From Fibrobacteria bacterium (GTDB lineage: Bacteria; Fibrobacterota; Chitinivibrionia; Chitinivibrionales; FEN-1185), in the NCBI GenBank assembly GCA_037447435.1, contig JBBIGR010000002.1, positions 64,001 to 128,000 of the forward strand: a stretch of 64,000 nt of DNA, in the 5' to 3' direction. The position numbers and the translations under genes were made by a program. Below are positions 50,491 to 58,786 of the stretch, piece after piece (the stretch's first letter is position 1; each line of letters opens with the position of its first letter). The notes beneath the pieces are model-generated. The model worked only from the letters and a program-made list of their open reading frames with translations, was not told the origin of the DNA and ran no database searches.

Positions 50491-52125
50491 ATGCGGCCAA
50501 TGCTACAACTATTTACGGCAACTAACGGCAGTACGTCGGCCCGTGTCTCATTTGAAAACGAGGTGGTGCGCCATCTTCATTCCACCGTCGATCCCGATGC
50601 GGAAGCTGATTTATTTCAAAACATCGAGTTCTTCGGAGACATCATCGTTTTTACCGGTATCGGGCTGGGCTGGCACCTCAGGAACGCCTTGCCGAGGCTC
50701 CCGGAAAAAGCGCTTTGCATTGTTGTCGATTTTTTTCCCGAATGCATTTCATATTGTAAAGACACTTACTTTACGTTTAAACCGAATCCCGTCATTTACG
50801 TCTCTTCTCAATCCGGTTTGGGGCTTAAAACGGCCCTTGAGACGTTTTGCGAAACCACTCCAAATCCGCGATTGCAATACATCAAGCATCCGGCTTCTTT
50901 CTTTTGTTGTAAAGAATTTTACACGGACATCATGGATACGATTTCATCGTCGTGCATCCGGAAAAGCCCGGCTATCCCTCGTCCGGGTAAAAAAGCGGGC
51001 TTGTTTTTCGGCAATTTCTTTCTTGAAAAGGAATTGTCGAATGCGTTTGCCGCCGAATCGGTTGTCACGGCGCATTTTGAATATAACGACTATAAAAGCA
51101 ATTTCGATTTTGAAACCGCCTATTCAAAATTTATCCAAACCGAAAATCCGGACTTTATCATTTCCGTCAACATGAAAGGGTTCGATGCAAACGGTGAGGC
51201 GCTTGCCGCCGCGGCACGAAACGGTATTCCGGTTGTCGTATGGTTTGTCGACGATCCTCGGCCGATTTTGCTGTCGCACAAATCGGCAATCGATAAAATC
51301 GCCGTTGCATTATGCTGGGAAAAAAGGTTCGTGCCTTTTTTGAACCGACTCGGTTTTGCCAAAGTCGAGTACGTTCCGTTGGCCTGTGATCCGTCCCTTT
51401 TTTCAAATTCCCGGTCTTTAGGCCCGCAAACGTCTCTGGGGTTTGTCGGAACGGCGATGGTCGATGAATTTGCCGGAAAGATCAAAGAAAAATTCCTTTG
51501 GTCCCAATCATATTCGCCTCTCGTCGAGCTTCTCAGCGATCAAATCATCGCAACCAAAGACGTGCTTTTTTCCGATCCCCTTGAAAAAGCCGCCGCGTCG
51601 CTCGGAATCCGATTGAAATTTTCCGACGAAAAAAATATGACCTGGCTCATTTCCTATATTACGCATTTCGCAAGTATGAAAAAACGGAAAAGCCTTTTAC
51701 AGCCGCTCATGGCTTTAGGACTGGAAACATTCGGCGATCCCGACGGTTGGAAGGCTCTTTTGGGAAATTCGGTAAAAACACATAACAACATCGATTATCG
51801 GCACAATATCTCTTCCGTATACAATTCAATCGCGGTGAATATAAATATTACAAGCTGCCAAATGCCTTCTGCGGTCAATCAGCGCGTATTCGACATTCCC
51901 ATGGCCCACGGTTTTGTATTGTCCGATAAACAAAGCGATCTTCTGGAATTATTCGATATGAATGAAATCGCTTTTTTCGAAAACCAAACGGAACTTGTCG
52001 ATATGGCCGCGTTTTATCTTTCGCATGAAGTCCAAAGAAACGCCATAACCAACTCGGCTCGAAAAAGGATTCTTTCAGACCACACCTATGTAAATCGGGT
52101 AAAAAAAATCCTCAGCTTATTATAA
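50491..52125 (+). CDS. CgeB/DUF3880-like glycosyltransferase with Maf-like N-terminal domain; probable flagellin modification
   Basis: LHSTVDP..EA, TGIGLGWHL; WFVDDP, YVPLACDP, ININITSCQMPSAVNQRVFD, HTYVNR. Confidence 0.8.
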   Translation: MRPMLQLFTATNGSTSARVSFENEVVRHLHSTVDPDAEADLFQNIEFFGDIIVFTGIGLGWHLRNALPRLPEKALCIVVDFFPECISYCKDTYFTFKPNPVIYVSSQSGLGLKTALETFCETTPNPRLQYIKHPASFFCCKEFYTDIMDTISSSCIRKSPAIPRPGKKAGLFFGNFFLEKELSNAFAAESVVTAHFEYNDYKSNFDFETAYSKFIQTENPDFIISVNMKGFDANGEALAAAARNGIPVVVWFVDDPRPILLSHKSAIDKIAVALCWEKRFVPFLNRLGFAKVEYVPLACDPSLFSNSRSLGPQTSLGFVGTAMVDEFAGKIKEKFLWSQSYSPLVELLSDQIIATKDVLFSDPLEKAAASLGIRLKFSDEKNMTWLISYITHFASMKKRKSLLQPLMALGLETFGDPDGWKALLGNSVKTHNNIDYRHNISSVYNSIAVNINITSCQMPSAVNQRVFDIPMAHGFVLSDKQSDLLELFDMNEIAFFENQTELVDMAAFYLSHEVQRNAITNSARKRILSDHTYVNRVKKILSLL

Positions 52126-52173
52126 ATCAATCTCAGCCTTTGTTCGCATGCCGTTGTCGATACGGTAAAATTC

Positions 52174-52214
52174 AAAAACAAAAAGGAGACCTTTCGGCCT
52201 CCTTTTTGTTTTTT
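52174..52214. terminator. Bidirectional terminator
   Basis: AAAAACAAAAAGGAG..TTCG..CTCCTTTTTGTTTTT. Confidence 0.88.
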
Positions 52215-52236
52215 CGAACGTTTCGCTTCTTTCTTA

Positions 52237-53109
52237 TTACTTGAGCAAAGAGAGAACACTTTGCGGAACAGAATTGGCCTGACTTAACATTGCAGTACCG
52301 GATTGCGTCAGGATCTGGTTCCTGGTGAATTTCGCAGTTTCCGATGCAAAGTCTACGTCGCGGATAAGCGATTCTGCAGACTGTTGATTCGTGTTGGATA
52401 TGTTCAGGTTGTTGATGGCATGTTCGAGTCTATTGATATAGGCTCCCATGTCCGAACGCATTCTGTTGACGCTGTCGATAGCACCGTCGAGGCTGCTGAT
52501 AGCAGTTACCGACGCTGTCTGGCTGGTAAGATGTTGCAGTGTTGCGGATCCTACGGCACCGCCGACACCAAGGCTTTGGGCATTGAGTGTTGCAATGCTG
52601 ATCGTAATGCTGTCAATACCGCTGCGGGAATTCGCATCAATCCACAATGTCGATTGCGTTGCTCCGACATTCACCGCGCCAAAACGGCCTGCCGTTGTGG
52701 ACAATAATTGCTGTTTGTTGTAATTCGTCACATTGGCGATACGGTCTATTTCACTGTTGAGAGCCTGAAATTCCGATTCGCTATATGCACGTTCCACCGA
52801 GGTAAAGGTATCGTTGGAAGTCTGAACCGCAAGTTCACGCATACGCTGGAGTATGGAAGACACTTCGTTCGCCGCACCTTCGGCGATTGTCAGTGCGGCA
52901 ATTCCGTCCTGAGCATTTCTATTTGCCTGAGACGTACCATTGATTTGGGTGCGAAGGTTTTCCGACACGCCTAGTCCTGCGGCATCATCACTTGCTCTGT
53001 TGATGCGCAAGCCTGTTGACAACTTTTCCAATGACTTCGACATTTCTTTACCAACAGTGTAAAGAGATGTTTGCGTGACCATTGCGGCTATGTTATGATT
53101 AATACGCAT
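52237..53109 (-). CDS. fliC: Flagellin (short, 290 aa), copy 1
   Basis: MRINHN, LSTGLRINRASDDAAGL, LQRMRELAVQ, AESLIRDVDFA, QAN..PQSVLSLL. Confidence 0.96.
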   Translation of the reverse strand: MRINHNIAAMVTQTSLYTVGKEMSKSLEKLSTGLRINRASDDAAGLGVSENLRTQINGTSQANRNAQDGIAALTIAEGAANEVSSILQRMRELAVQTSNDTFTSVERAYSESEFQALNSEIDRIANVTNYNKQQLLSTTAGRFGAVNVGATQSTLWIDANSRSGIDSITISIATLNAQSLGVGGAVGSATLQHLTSQTASVTAISSLDGAIDSVNRMRSDMGAYINRLEHAINNLNISNTNQQSAESLIRDVDFASETAKFTRNQILTQSGTAMLSQANSVPQSVLSLLK

Positions 53110-53178
53110 AAGAGAACCTCCTTGTTAGAATGATGGCCATGCGCTAGACATCATTCGGTGACTTTGGCATCCTTGCCA
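53110..53178 (-). promoter_or_regulatory. Structured flagellin 5' leader with CsrA-type site, copy 1
   Basis: mRNA UGGCA-AGGA-UGCCA hairpin, a second hairpin, then ACAAGGAGG Shine-Dalgarno; conserved in copy 2. Confidence 0.75.
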
Positions 53179-53250
53179 TTGAAGCATTTAAGAATCTTTA
53201 ACCGTATCTACTTTTTTCTTTCAAACACAAATCCTCGGTCTCATTAAATA

Positions 53251-53278
53251 CTATCGGCTTTGTGCAAAAACGTCTTTA
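53251..53278 (-). promoter_or_regulatory. Sigma28 (FliA) promoter TAAA-N16-GCCGATAG
   Basis: Matches TAAA...GCCGATAA consensus upstream of flagellin 1. Confidence 0.82.
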
Positions 53279-53324
53279 ATATTTTTCTCCACATTTTTAA
53301 ATAGTTTACGCGGCTATTAAATAG

Positions 53325-53355
53325 CGTAGGGGAAAACCGTCTGTTTCCCCCTACG
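53325..53355 (-). terminator. Terminator-like hairpin after flagellin 2
   Basis: CGTAGGGG(A)AAA / TTTCCCCCTACG stem, followed on the minus strand by CTATTT. Confidence 0.65.
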
Positions 53356-53381
53356 AAATGAAGCAAATGAATTTGACTAAA

Positions 53382-54254
53382 TTATCTCAATAGCGAAAGC
53401 ACGCTTTGCGGAACCGAATTCGCCTGACTTAACATCGCGGTACCGGATTGTGTAAGGATCTGGTTCCTGGTAAACTTCGCAGTTTCAGATGCAAAGTCCA
53501 CGTCACGAATAAGAGACTCGGCAGACTGCTGGTTCGTATTCGATATATTCAGGTTATTTATCGCATGTTCCAGCCTATTGATATACGCACCCATGTCCGA
53601 ACGCATTCTGTTGACACTGTCGATGGCACCGTCAAGGCTGCTGATGGCCGTCACCGATGAGGTCTGACTGGTAAGATGCTGCAATGTTGCAGAGCCTGCT
53701 AATCCGCCGACTCCAAGCGTTGCCGCGTTCAATGTTGCTATGCTGACCGTAATGCTATCTATACCGCTTCGAGAATTGGCGTCAATCCACAATGTCGATT
53801 GCGTTGCGCCAACATTGACTGCACCAAATCTGCCGGCAGCAGTAGAGAGCAATTGCTGTTTATTGTAATTAGTAACATTTGAAATACGGTCTATTTCACT
53901 GTTGAGCGCCTGAAATTCCGATTCACTGTAAGCACGCTCGACCGAGGTAAAAGTATCGTTTGAGGATTGAACGGCAAGTTCGCGCATACGTTGCAAAATC
54001 GAGGACACTTCATTTGCGGCACCTTCGGCGATTGTCAGTGCAGCAATTCCGTCTTGCGCATTTCTATTTGCCTGGGAAGTACCATTGATCTGTGTGCGAA
54101 GGTTTTCCGAAACACCGAGGCCGGCAGCATCATCACTGGCTCTATTGATGCGCAGACCTGTGGACAATTTTTCCAAAGACTTCGACATCTCTTTACCAAC
54201 AGTATAAAGAGAAGTTTGTGTGACCATCGCGGCTATGTTGTGATTAATACGCAT
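53382..54254 (-). CDS. fliC: Flagellin (short, 290 aa), copy 2
   Basis: 10 amino-acid differences from copy 1 by manual alignment. Confidence 0.96.
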   Translation of the reverse strand: MRINHNIAAMVTQTSLYTVGKEMSKSLEKLSTGLRINRASDDAAGLGVSENLRTQINGTSQANRNAQDGIAALTIAEGAANEVSSILQRMRELAVQSSNDTFTSVERAYSESEFQALNSEIDRISNVTNYNKQQLLSTAAGRFGAVNVGATQSTLWIDANSRSGIDSITVSIATLNAATLGVGGLAGSATLQHLTSQTSSVTAISSLDGAIDSVNRMRSDMGAYINRLEHAINNLNISNTNQQSAESLIRDVDFASETAKFTRNQILTQSGTAMLSQANSVPQSVLSLLR

Positions 54255-54322
54255 AAGAGAACCTCCTTGTTAGAACGATATCCATGCGCTAGACATCATT
54301 CAGTGACCTGGCATCCTTGCCA
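54255..54322 (-). promoter_or_regulatory. Structured flagellin 5' leader with CsrA-type site, copy 2
   Basis: Near-identical to 53110-53178; stem substitutions keep pairing. Confidence 0.75.
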
Positions 54323-54465
54323 ATAAGATTGAGATACATATTCGTCTGCAGATACTTTATCTTTTACAGCCTTCCGCCTCCTTCCTTTCCCATATTTTTT
54401 TGTCTCTTTCATGAAACTTATTTTAAAAATTGACGGAATTCAGGCTATTAGTTATCTCCTTTAAT

Positions 54466-54492
54466 TTATCGGTCCGAATATTGAGCACTTTA
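54466..54492 (-). promoter_or_regulatory. Sigma28 (FliA) promoter TAAA-N15-ACCGATAA
   Basis: One mismatch to consensus, canonical spacing, upstream of flagellin 2. Confidence 0.8.
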
Positions 54493-54511
54493 GAAAAAAA
54501 TAATAATTAAA

Positions 54512-55558
54512 TCAAATAAATTCGGAGGCGGTTAATTGACCGCAAGCGCCTTTAATATCCTTGCCCCGGCTTTTTCGAACAGTGGCGGTTATTCCAAGAT
54601 CATAAAGCCCCTGAGTGAATTTATTGACCTTGTCCTCGGCTGGAGAAGAATAAATTCCCGAAGTACCGGGATTCACTGGAATTACATTAACCTTGCAAAC
54701 GATTTTCGTTAATAATGAGGCGAGCATTTTCATATGCTCGTAACCGTCATTTTCGTTTTCCACCAAAACATATTCAAACGTTACCGGTCTACCGGTTTTT
54801 TCAAAATATTCACCGGCTATCTCGACGAGCGTTTCAATCGGATATTTGTCGTTTATCGGCATTATCCTACTGCGATCCTCGTTATTGCAGGCATTAAGCG
54901 ATATTGCCAGGCCAATAGATAAATCTTCATTCAGCAGTTTACGGATCGACGGAACTACTCCTGCAGTCGATACGGTAATTCGTCTGCTTCCGATGGTAAA
55001 CCCGTTTTCCGATTGGATTATTTCAAGGCTCGACCGAAAGGCATCATAATTCGATAACGCCTCTCCCATGCCCATGAAAACGATATTCGTAACAAGTTTA
55101 TCGTTTTTTCCGGCCAAATAATCGTTTATTCCAATCAATTGTCCAATGATTTCACCTTGCGTCAGATTGCGAATAAACCCTAAGGCTCCTGTTTCACAAA
55201 ACACACAACCCAAATTACAGCCGATTTGACTCGATAAACAAGCGGTTCGCCTGTCTCCATCAATAAGCAAAACACTTTCAACGACCCATTTTCCGTCATT
55301 CGACAAAAAGCCGAATTTCACCGCATCGTTATCCTTTGATTCCAACACAACCCGGACCGGGAGTTTGTCAGTGGTGAATTGTTCCGCCATTTTCTGCCGG
55401 GAGGTTTTTGAAACATTCAGCATCCCGTCAAACGACGAAACGCGTTTCTGATATAGCCACTTCACAATTTGCGTCACTCGGAAGGCAGGTTCACCCAAGC
55501 AGGTTATGGCTTTGGACAGCTCCGGAAGAGAAAAGTCTTTTAGATTGGGTAACGTCAT
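54512..55558 (-). CDS. rlmN: 23S rRNA m2A2503 / tRNA methyltransferase RlmN
   Basis: CLSSQIGCNLGCVFCETG, MGMGE, TVSTAG, TFEYVL, DIKGACGQL. Confidence 0.95.
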   Translation of the reverse strand: MTLPNLKDFSLPELSKAITCLGEPAFRVTQIVKWLYQKRVSSFDGMLNVSKTSRQKMAEQFTTDKLPVRVVLESKDNDAVKFGFLSNDGKWVVESVLLIDGDRRTACLSSQIGCNLGCVFCETGALGFIRNLTQGEIIGQLIGINDYLAGKNDKLVTNIVFMGMGEALSNYDAFRSSLEIIQSENGFTIGSRRITVSTAGVVPSIRKLLNEDLSIGLAISLNACNNEDRSRIMPINDKYPIETLVEIAGEYFEKTGRPVTFEYVLVENENDGYEHMKMLASLLTKIVCKVNVIPVNPGTSGIYSSPAEDKVNKFTQGLYDLGITATVRKSRGKDIKGACGQLTASEFI

Positions 55559-55569
55559 GGAATTAATTT

Positions 55570-56016
55570 TTACTTCGCTATTGTTTTTTGGTTAATCGGT
55601 TGCAGCGGTTTTCCGGACTCATCGTACAACTTTTGCTCGCCGCTCTCCTTATTGTCGACAAACTCGATTTTTGCCATGAGCATACCGCTGGGATAATAAT
55701 ATTTCGCCAGGCCCTGGCGTTTATCGTCGCGATATCTGATTTCCGCCTTCATGACGCCGTTTTCAAAATATTGCCGAGTCGTACCGTTCAATTTGCCGTC
55801 CTCATATTCGTAAACAGCTTCGAGTTTTCCGCCGGGATAATAGCTTTTAATGATTTTTTTTCTGTCGAAATTGCTCGATTGTAATTCAACGCCGCCCGAC
55901 GGATAATACCCCCTGAACACTTGACCGCTTATCGTACCTATTCCCGGAGGAAGCGGCAAAAGCCCGGTGATGAATACCGATGCGAGGACCAAAACAATCC
56001 TTGATTTTCTCATCAT
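55570..56016 (-). CDS. Exported MORN-variant (YwqK-like) repeat protein
   Basis: Repeats YYPGGKL..Y.DGKLNG, YFENG, YYPSG, YDESG; N-terminal hydrophobic helix; start trimmed to MMRKSR. Confidence 0.75.
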   Translation of the reverse strand: MMRKSRIVLVLASVFITGLLPLPPGIGTISGQVFRGYYPSGGVELQSSNFDRKKIIKSYYPGGKLEAVYEYEDGKLNGTTRQYFENGVMKAEIRYRDDKRQGLAKYYYPSGMLMAKIEFVDNKESGEQKLYDESGKPLQPINQKTIAK

Positions 56017-56068
56017 ATATTTTATGGAAAAGGATTTTTGCAACTCTACCAGTCTTATAAAATACAGA

Positions 56069-57910
56069 ATGGATACGGCCATTTCACGTATGTACCTTAA
56101 AAGTGCGATATTCTATTGGATTTGCATGACGGTACTGTGCGGCGCACGATTGGGCCCTCCGGCATCGTGTCAGCCCGCCGAACCCCAGGCCGCCTATCTG
56201 TTTCCTTCGGAAACTCCAATAACCCAACTCGATCAGTGGAAACAGCGCATGGCCGATTCGATTGCCTTTAAAGAATACGCCTACGACGATTCCGCCTGGG
56301 CGACCGGTCCGAGCGGCATATTATGGGCTAATGAAAATGGCCGGGGAAAAGGGATTCGCTGGTTCAGAAAAATAATTTTCATTCCGGAGCAATTGGACTC
56401 TTTACAGGCGCTGGCTGTTTATCAGCGAAGTATCGTATGCGCCAACGATCTCTTTTGGGACGGAAGACTGATTTCACGGAACGGGAAGATCGGCAATTCG
56501 AAGGACGGCGAAATCCCCGGAGCTTCCTCCCGGATAACGATCATTCCAAATAGCCTCAGCAATCCGGGGAAACATGTCATGGCCCTCTGCGTATCCAATT
56601 ACCATACCTATTCCGGGCTCGTCGAGGCACCTTTACAAATTGGCTATTTATCCGAACTATTGAATTCCATTCATCGTAACGAAACGATCCTTTTGCTTTG
56701 CGCGGGTATTTTCCTTATCACCGCTTTGTTTCACTTTGCCGTTATTTTCGGAAGGGCCACGGGCCCCGCTTATGCATTGTTCGGCCTTTTATGTTTTTCA
56801 AGTGCAGCCTATCTTCTCATTGACACCATGATACATTATTTTCCTTTCGGCCTCGACCATTATTACTCGATCGCGTTGATAAACGACATTCCCTGGTTTT
56901 GCATGATGACGTTTTTGCCGGTTTTCTTTTTATATGAATTTTCGGTGCCGTTTCGCAACATTTGCGCGGCCGGCATCGCAGCGGTCGCGTTGTGCTGCAT
57001 TGTTCCGCCCCGGCTTATCATGTTCGATCTGCTGCCCGCATCCTGGCTGCCGGGGTTTGTCGTTTTAAACCAATACCTCATGTATGCGGTAACCCTAGTT
57101 GCCGCAGTTATAGCCTTTATCAATTTCTTATTTAAAAAACCCCACAGCCTGCTTTCGTTCATCGGCTGCATCGTGCTATTCATAGGCATTTACTTTTCAT
57201 CAATTTTCCATATACAATACGCCTGGGCCATCGGCTTTTGCGTGCTTATCGTCATGCTGACCATTTCGTTGTCGCGCCGCTTGGCAAATCAAAACAAGCA
57301 ACGACAGGAAAGCCGGTTACGCAGCGCCCGGCTCGAACTCGAATTGTTAAAAAAGCATATTCAGCCGCATTTTTTGCTGAATTCATTGAACTCCATCATT
57401 GCCTGGCTTGAGGAAAACCCGCAAACCGCTGCGAAACTGGTGCATGCGCTTGCCGAAGAATTACGGACGATCCTGGATTTCTCAAAAGAGAAACTCGTAT
57501 CGGTCAATGAGGAAATCAGGGTATGCAAACTTCATCTTGAGGTTATGGGGTTGCGCCGGGATGCGGCATATACGCTTGATGCAGATGCCGCTCCACCCGG
57601 GGAAAAACTCCCGCCGCTTCTTTTCCACACGCTTTTGGAAAATGCATTGACACACGGAAATCCCGTCGCTAACAACCTCGAATTTTCCATACGAAGGTCC
57701 GAAACGTCCGCGAATATCGAATATCGAATGTTTAACGAATGCCTACCCCCTGACGGTATCGCCGACACGCCGAAAGAAGGCACCGGCATCCGGTATGTCA
57801 AGTCTCGGCTCCAGGAGGCTTTTCCAAAAGCGTGGCAAATGACCTACGGCCCCGTGCAAAACGGGTGGGAAGTAAAAATCATTATCGCAAAATCCGGGAG
57901 AAGCGTATGA
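56069..57910 (+). CDS. LytS-type sensor histidine kinase with extracytoplasmic sugar-binding-like domain and 7TM region
   Basis: LKKHIQPHFLLNSLNSI, LLENALTHG, EGTGI; DDSAW...GIRWFRK...LFWDGRLI resembles a GH2 sugar-binding domain. Start uncertain (56069 or 56090). Confidence 0.88.
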   Translation: MDTAISRMYLKSAIFYWICMTVLCGARLGPPASCQPAEPQAAYLFPSETPITQLDQWKQRMADSIAFKEYAYDDSAWATGPSGILWANENGRGKGIRWFRKIIFIPEQLDSLQALAVYQRSIVCANDLFWDGRLISRNGKIGNSKDGEIPGASSRITIIPNSLSNPGKHVMALCVSNYHTYSGLVEAPLQIGYLSELLNSIHRNETILLLCAGIFLITALFHFAVIFGRATGPAYALFGLLCFSSAAYLLIDTMIHYFPFGLDHYYSIALINDIPWFCMMTFLPVFFLYEFSVPFRNICAAGIAAVALCCIVPPRLIMFDLLPASWLPGFVVLNQYLMYAVTLVAAVIAFINFLFKKPHSLLSFIGCIVLFIGIYFSSIFHIQYAWAIGFCVLIVMLTISLSRRLANQNKQRQESRLRSARLELELLKKHIQPHFLLNSLNSIIAWLEENPQTAAKLVHALAEELRTILDFSKEKLVSVNEEIRVCKLHLEVMGLRRDAAYTLDADAAPPGEKLPPLLFHTLLENALTHGNPVANNLEFSIRRSETSANIEYRMFNECLPPDGIADTPKEGTGIRYVKSRLQEAFPKAWQMTYGPVQNGWEVKIIIAKSGRSV

Positions 57911-58617
57911 ACGTCCTTATTGTCGAAGACGAAGCAGTGGCAGCCCGAAGGCTTGCGCGAATGACCCGGGAGCTCCTCGGTACCGTCCTCACATCATTAA
58001 CAACGGCAAAAACGGTCGAAGAAGCCGAAGCCCATATTTTGCGCAATAACACGAACCTCGTTTTATTGGACCTTACTATAAACGGCAAAAGCGGATTCGA
58101 TTTGTTTACACGGTTTACCGCAGGCTCGTTTCATACGATTGTCGTCTCGGGAAGCATCGATAAGGCGATAACCGCATTTGAATACGGCGTACTCGATTTT
58201 GTCGCAAAGCCCTTCGACAAAATCCGTTTGCAAAAAGCCTTCGACCGGTTGCAGTCGCCCCATGGAAACGGTGAAAACGCTTTGAAATATTTGTCGATAA
58301 AAAACCAAAGTGAAGTCAAACTGATTCCGCTTGATTCCGTGCATTATTTCAAAGGCGCCGACGATTATGTCGAAATCCATCTTCTTGACAATACGTATGA
58401 ACTATACAGCAAATCCATGGATTCTCTTTTGCAATTATTGCCTCCATCCTTCAACCGCATCCACAAATCGTTCATAGTGGATCTTTCAAGGGCGAAGACC
58501 ATTCATATTCATGGCGGAGGAAAATACGAACTCGAACTGCTCAGCGGATGCAAACTGCCCCTAAGCCGCACCCAATATCCCGTGATTCAAAACAAGTTAC
58601 AACCTGCCACTCTTTAA
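57907..58617 (+). CDS. LytTR-family response regulator
   Basis: IVEDE, LLDL, DFVAKPF; FNRIHKSFIVDL, LPLSR; ATGA overlap with the kinase. Confidence 0.93.
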   Translation: MNVLIVEDEAVAARRLARMTRELLGTVLTSLTTAKTVEEAEAHILRNNTNLVLLDLTINGKSGFDLFTRFTAGSFHTIVVSGSIDKAITAFEYGVLDFVAKPFDKIRLQKAFDRLQSPHGNGENALKYLSIKNQSEVKLIPLDSVHYFKGADDYVEIHLLDNTYELYSKSMDSLLQLLPPSFNRIHKSFIVDLSRAKTIHIHGGGKYELELLSGCKLPLSRTQYPVIQNKLQPATL

Positions 58618-58653
58618 TCTTCACTATTCACTCTTCACTCTTTAATCTTCAAT
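58612..58653 (+). repeat. Degenerate heptamer tandem repeat (6 x CTTYAMT-like)
   Basis: ctttaat cttcact attcact cttcact ctttaat cttcaat. Confidence 0.7.
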
Positions 58654-58655
58654 CA

Positions 58656-58725
58656 GTGCATTTCACCGACCCTTTGTGCAGTTTACTGATTGCCGATTGC
58701 TCATTCGATTTTGTTGTGGTAGATT
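58656..58725 (+). promoter_or_regulatory. Promoter with tandem direct repeat TGCAtTTCACcGA / TGCAgTTTACtGA, -35 TTGCTC (58697) and -10 TAGATT (58720); candidate LytTR site
   Basis: Immediately downstream of the LytTR gene; same architecture as 43499-43568. Confidence 0.72.
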
Positions 58726-58786
58726 TAACACATACAGTTTTAGTTGCGGTATTGATTTTGATACCTTTAACGAATCGAGGTCGGGC

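Noticed and set aside
50306..51175. 289-aa plus-strand ORF overlapping the glycosyltransferase
   Set aside because: Alternative frame with R/S-biased composition and no motifs.
58612..58689. Short repeats as a CRISPR array
   Set aside because: The units are 7 and 13 bp, with no unique 30-40 bp spacers and no cas genes.
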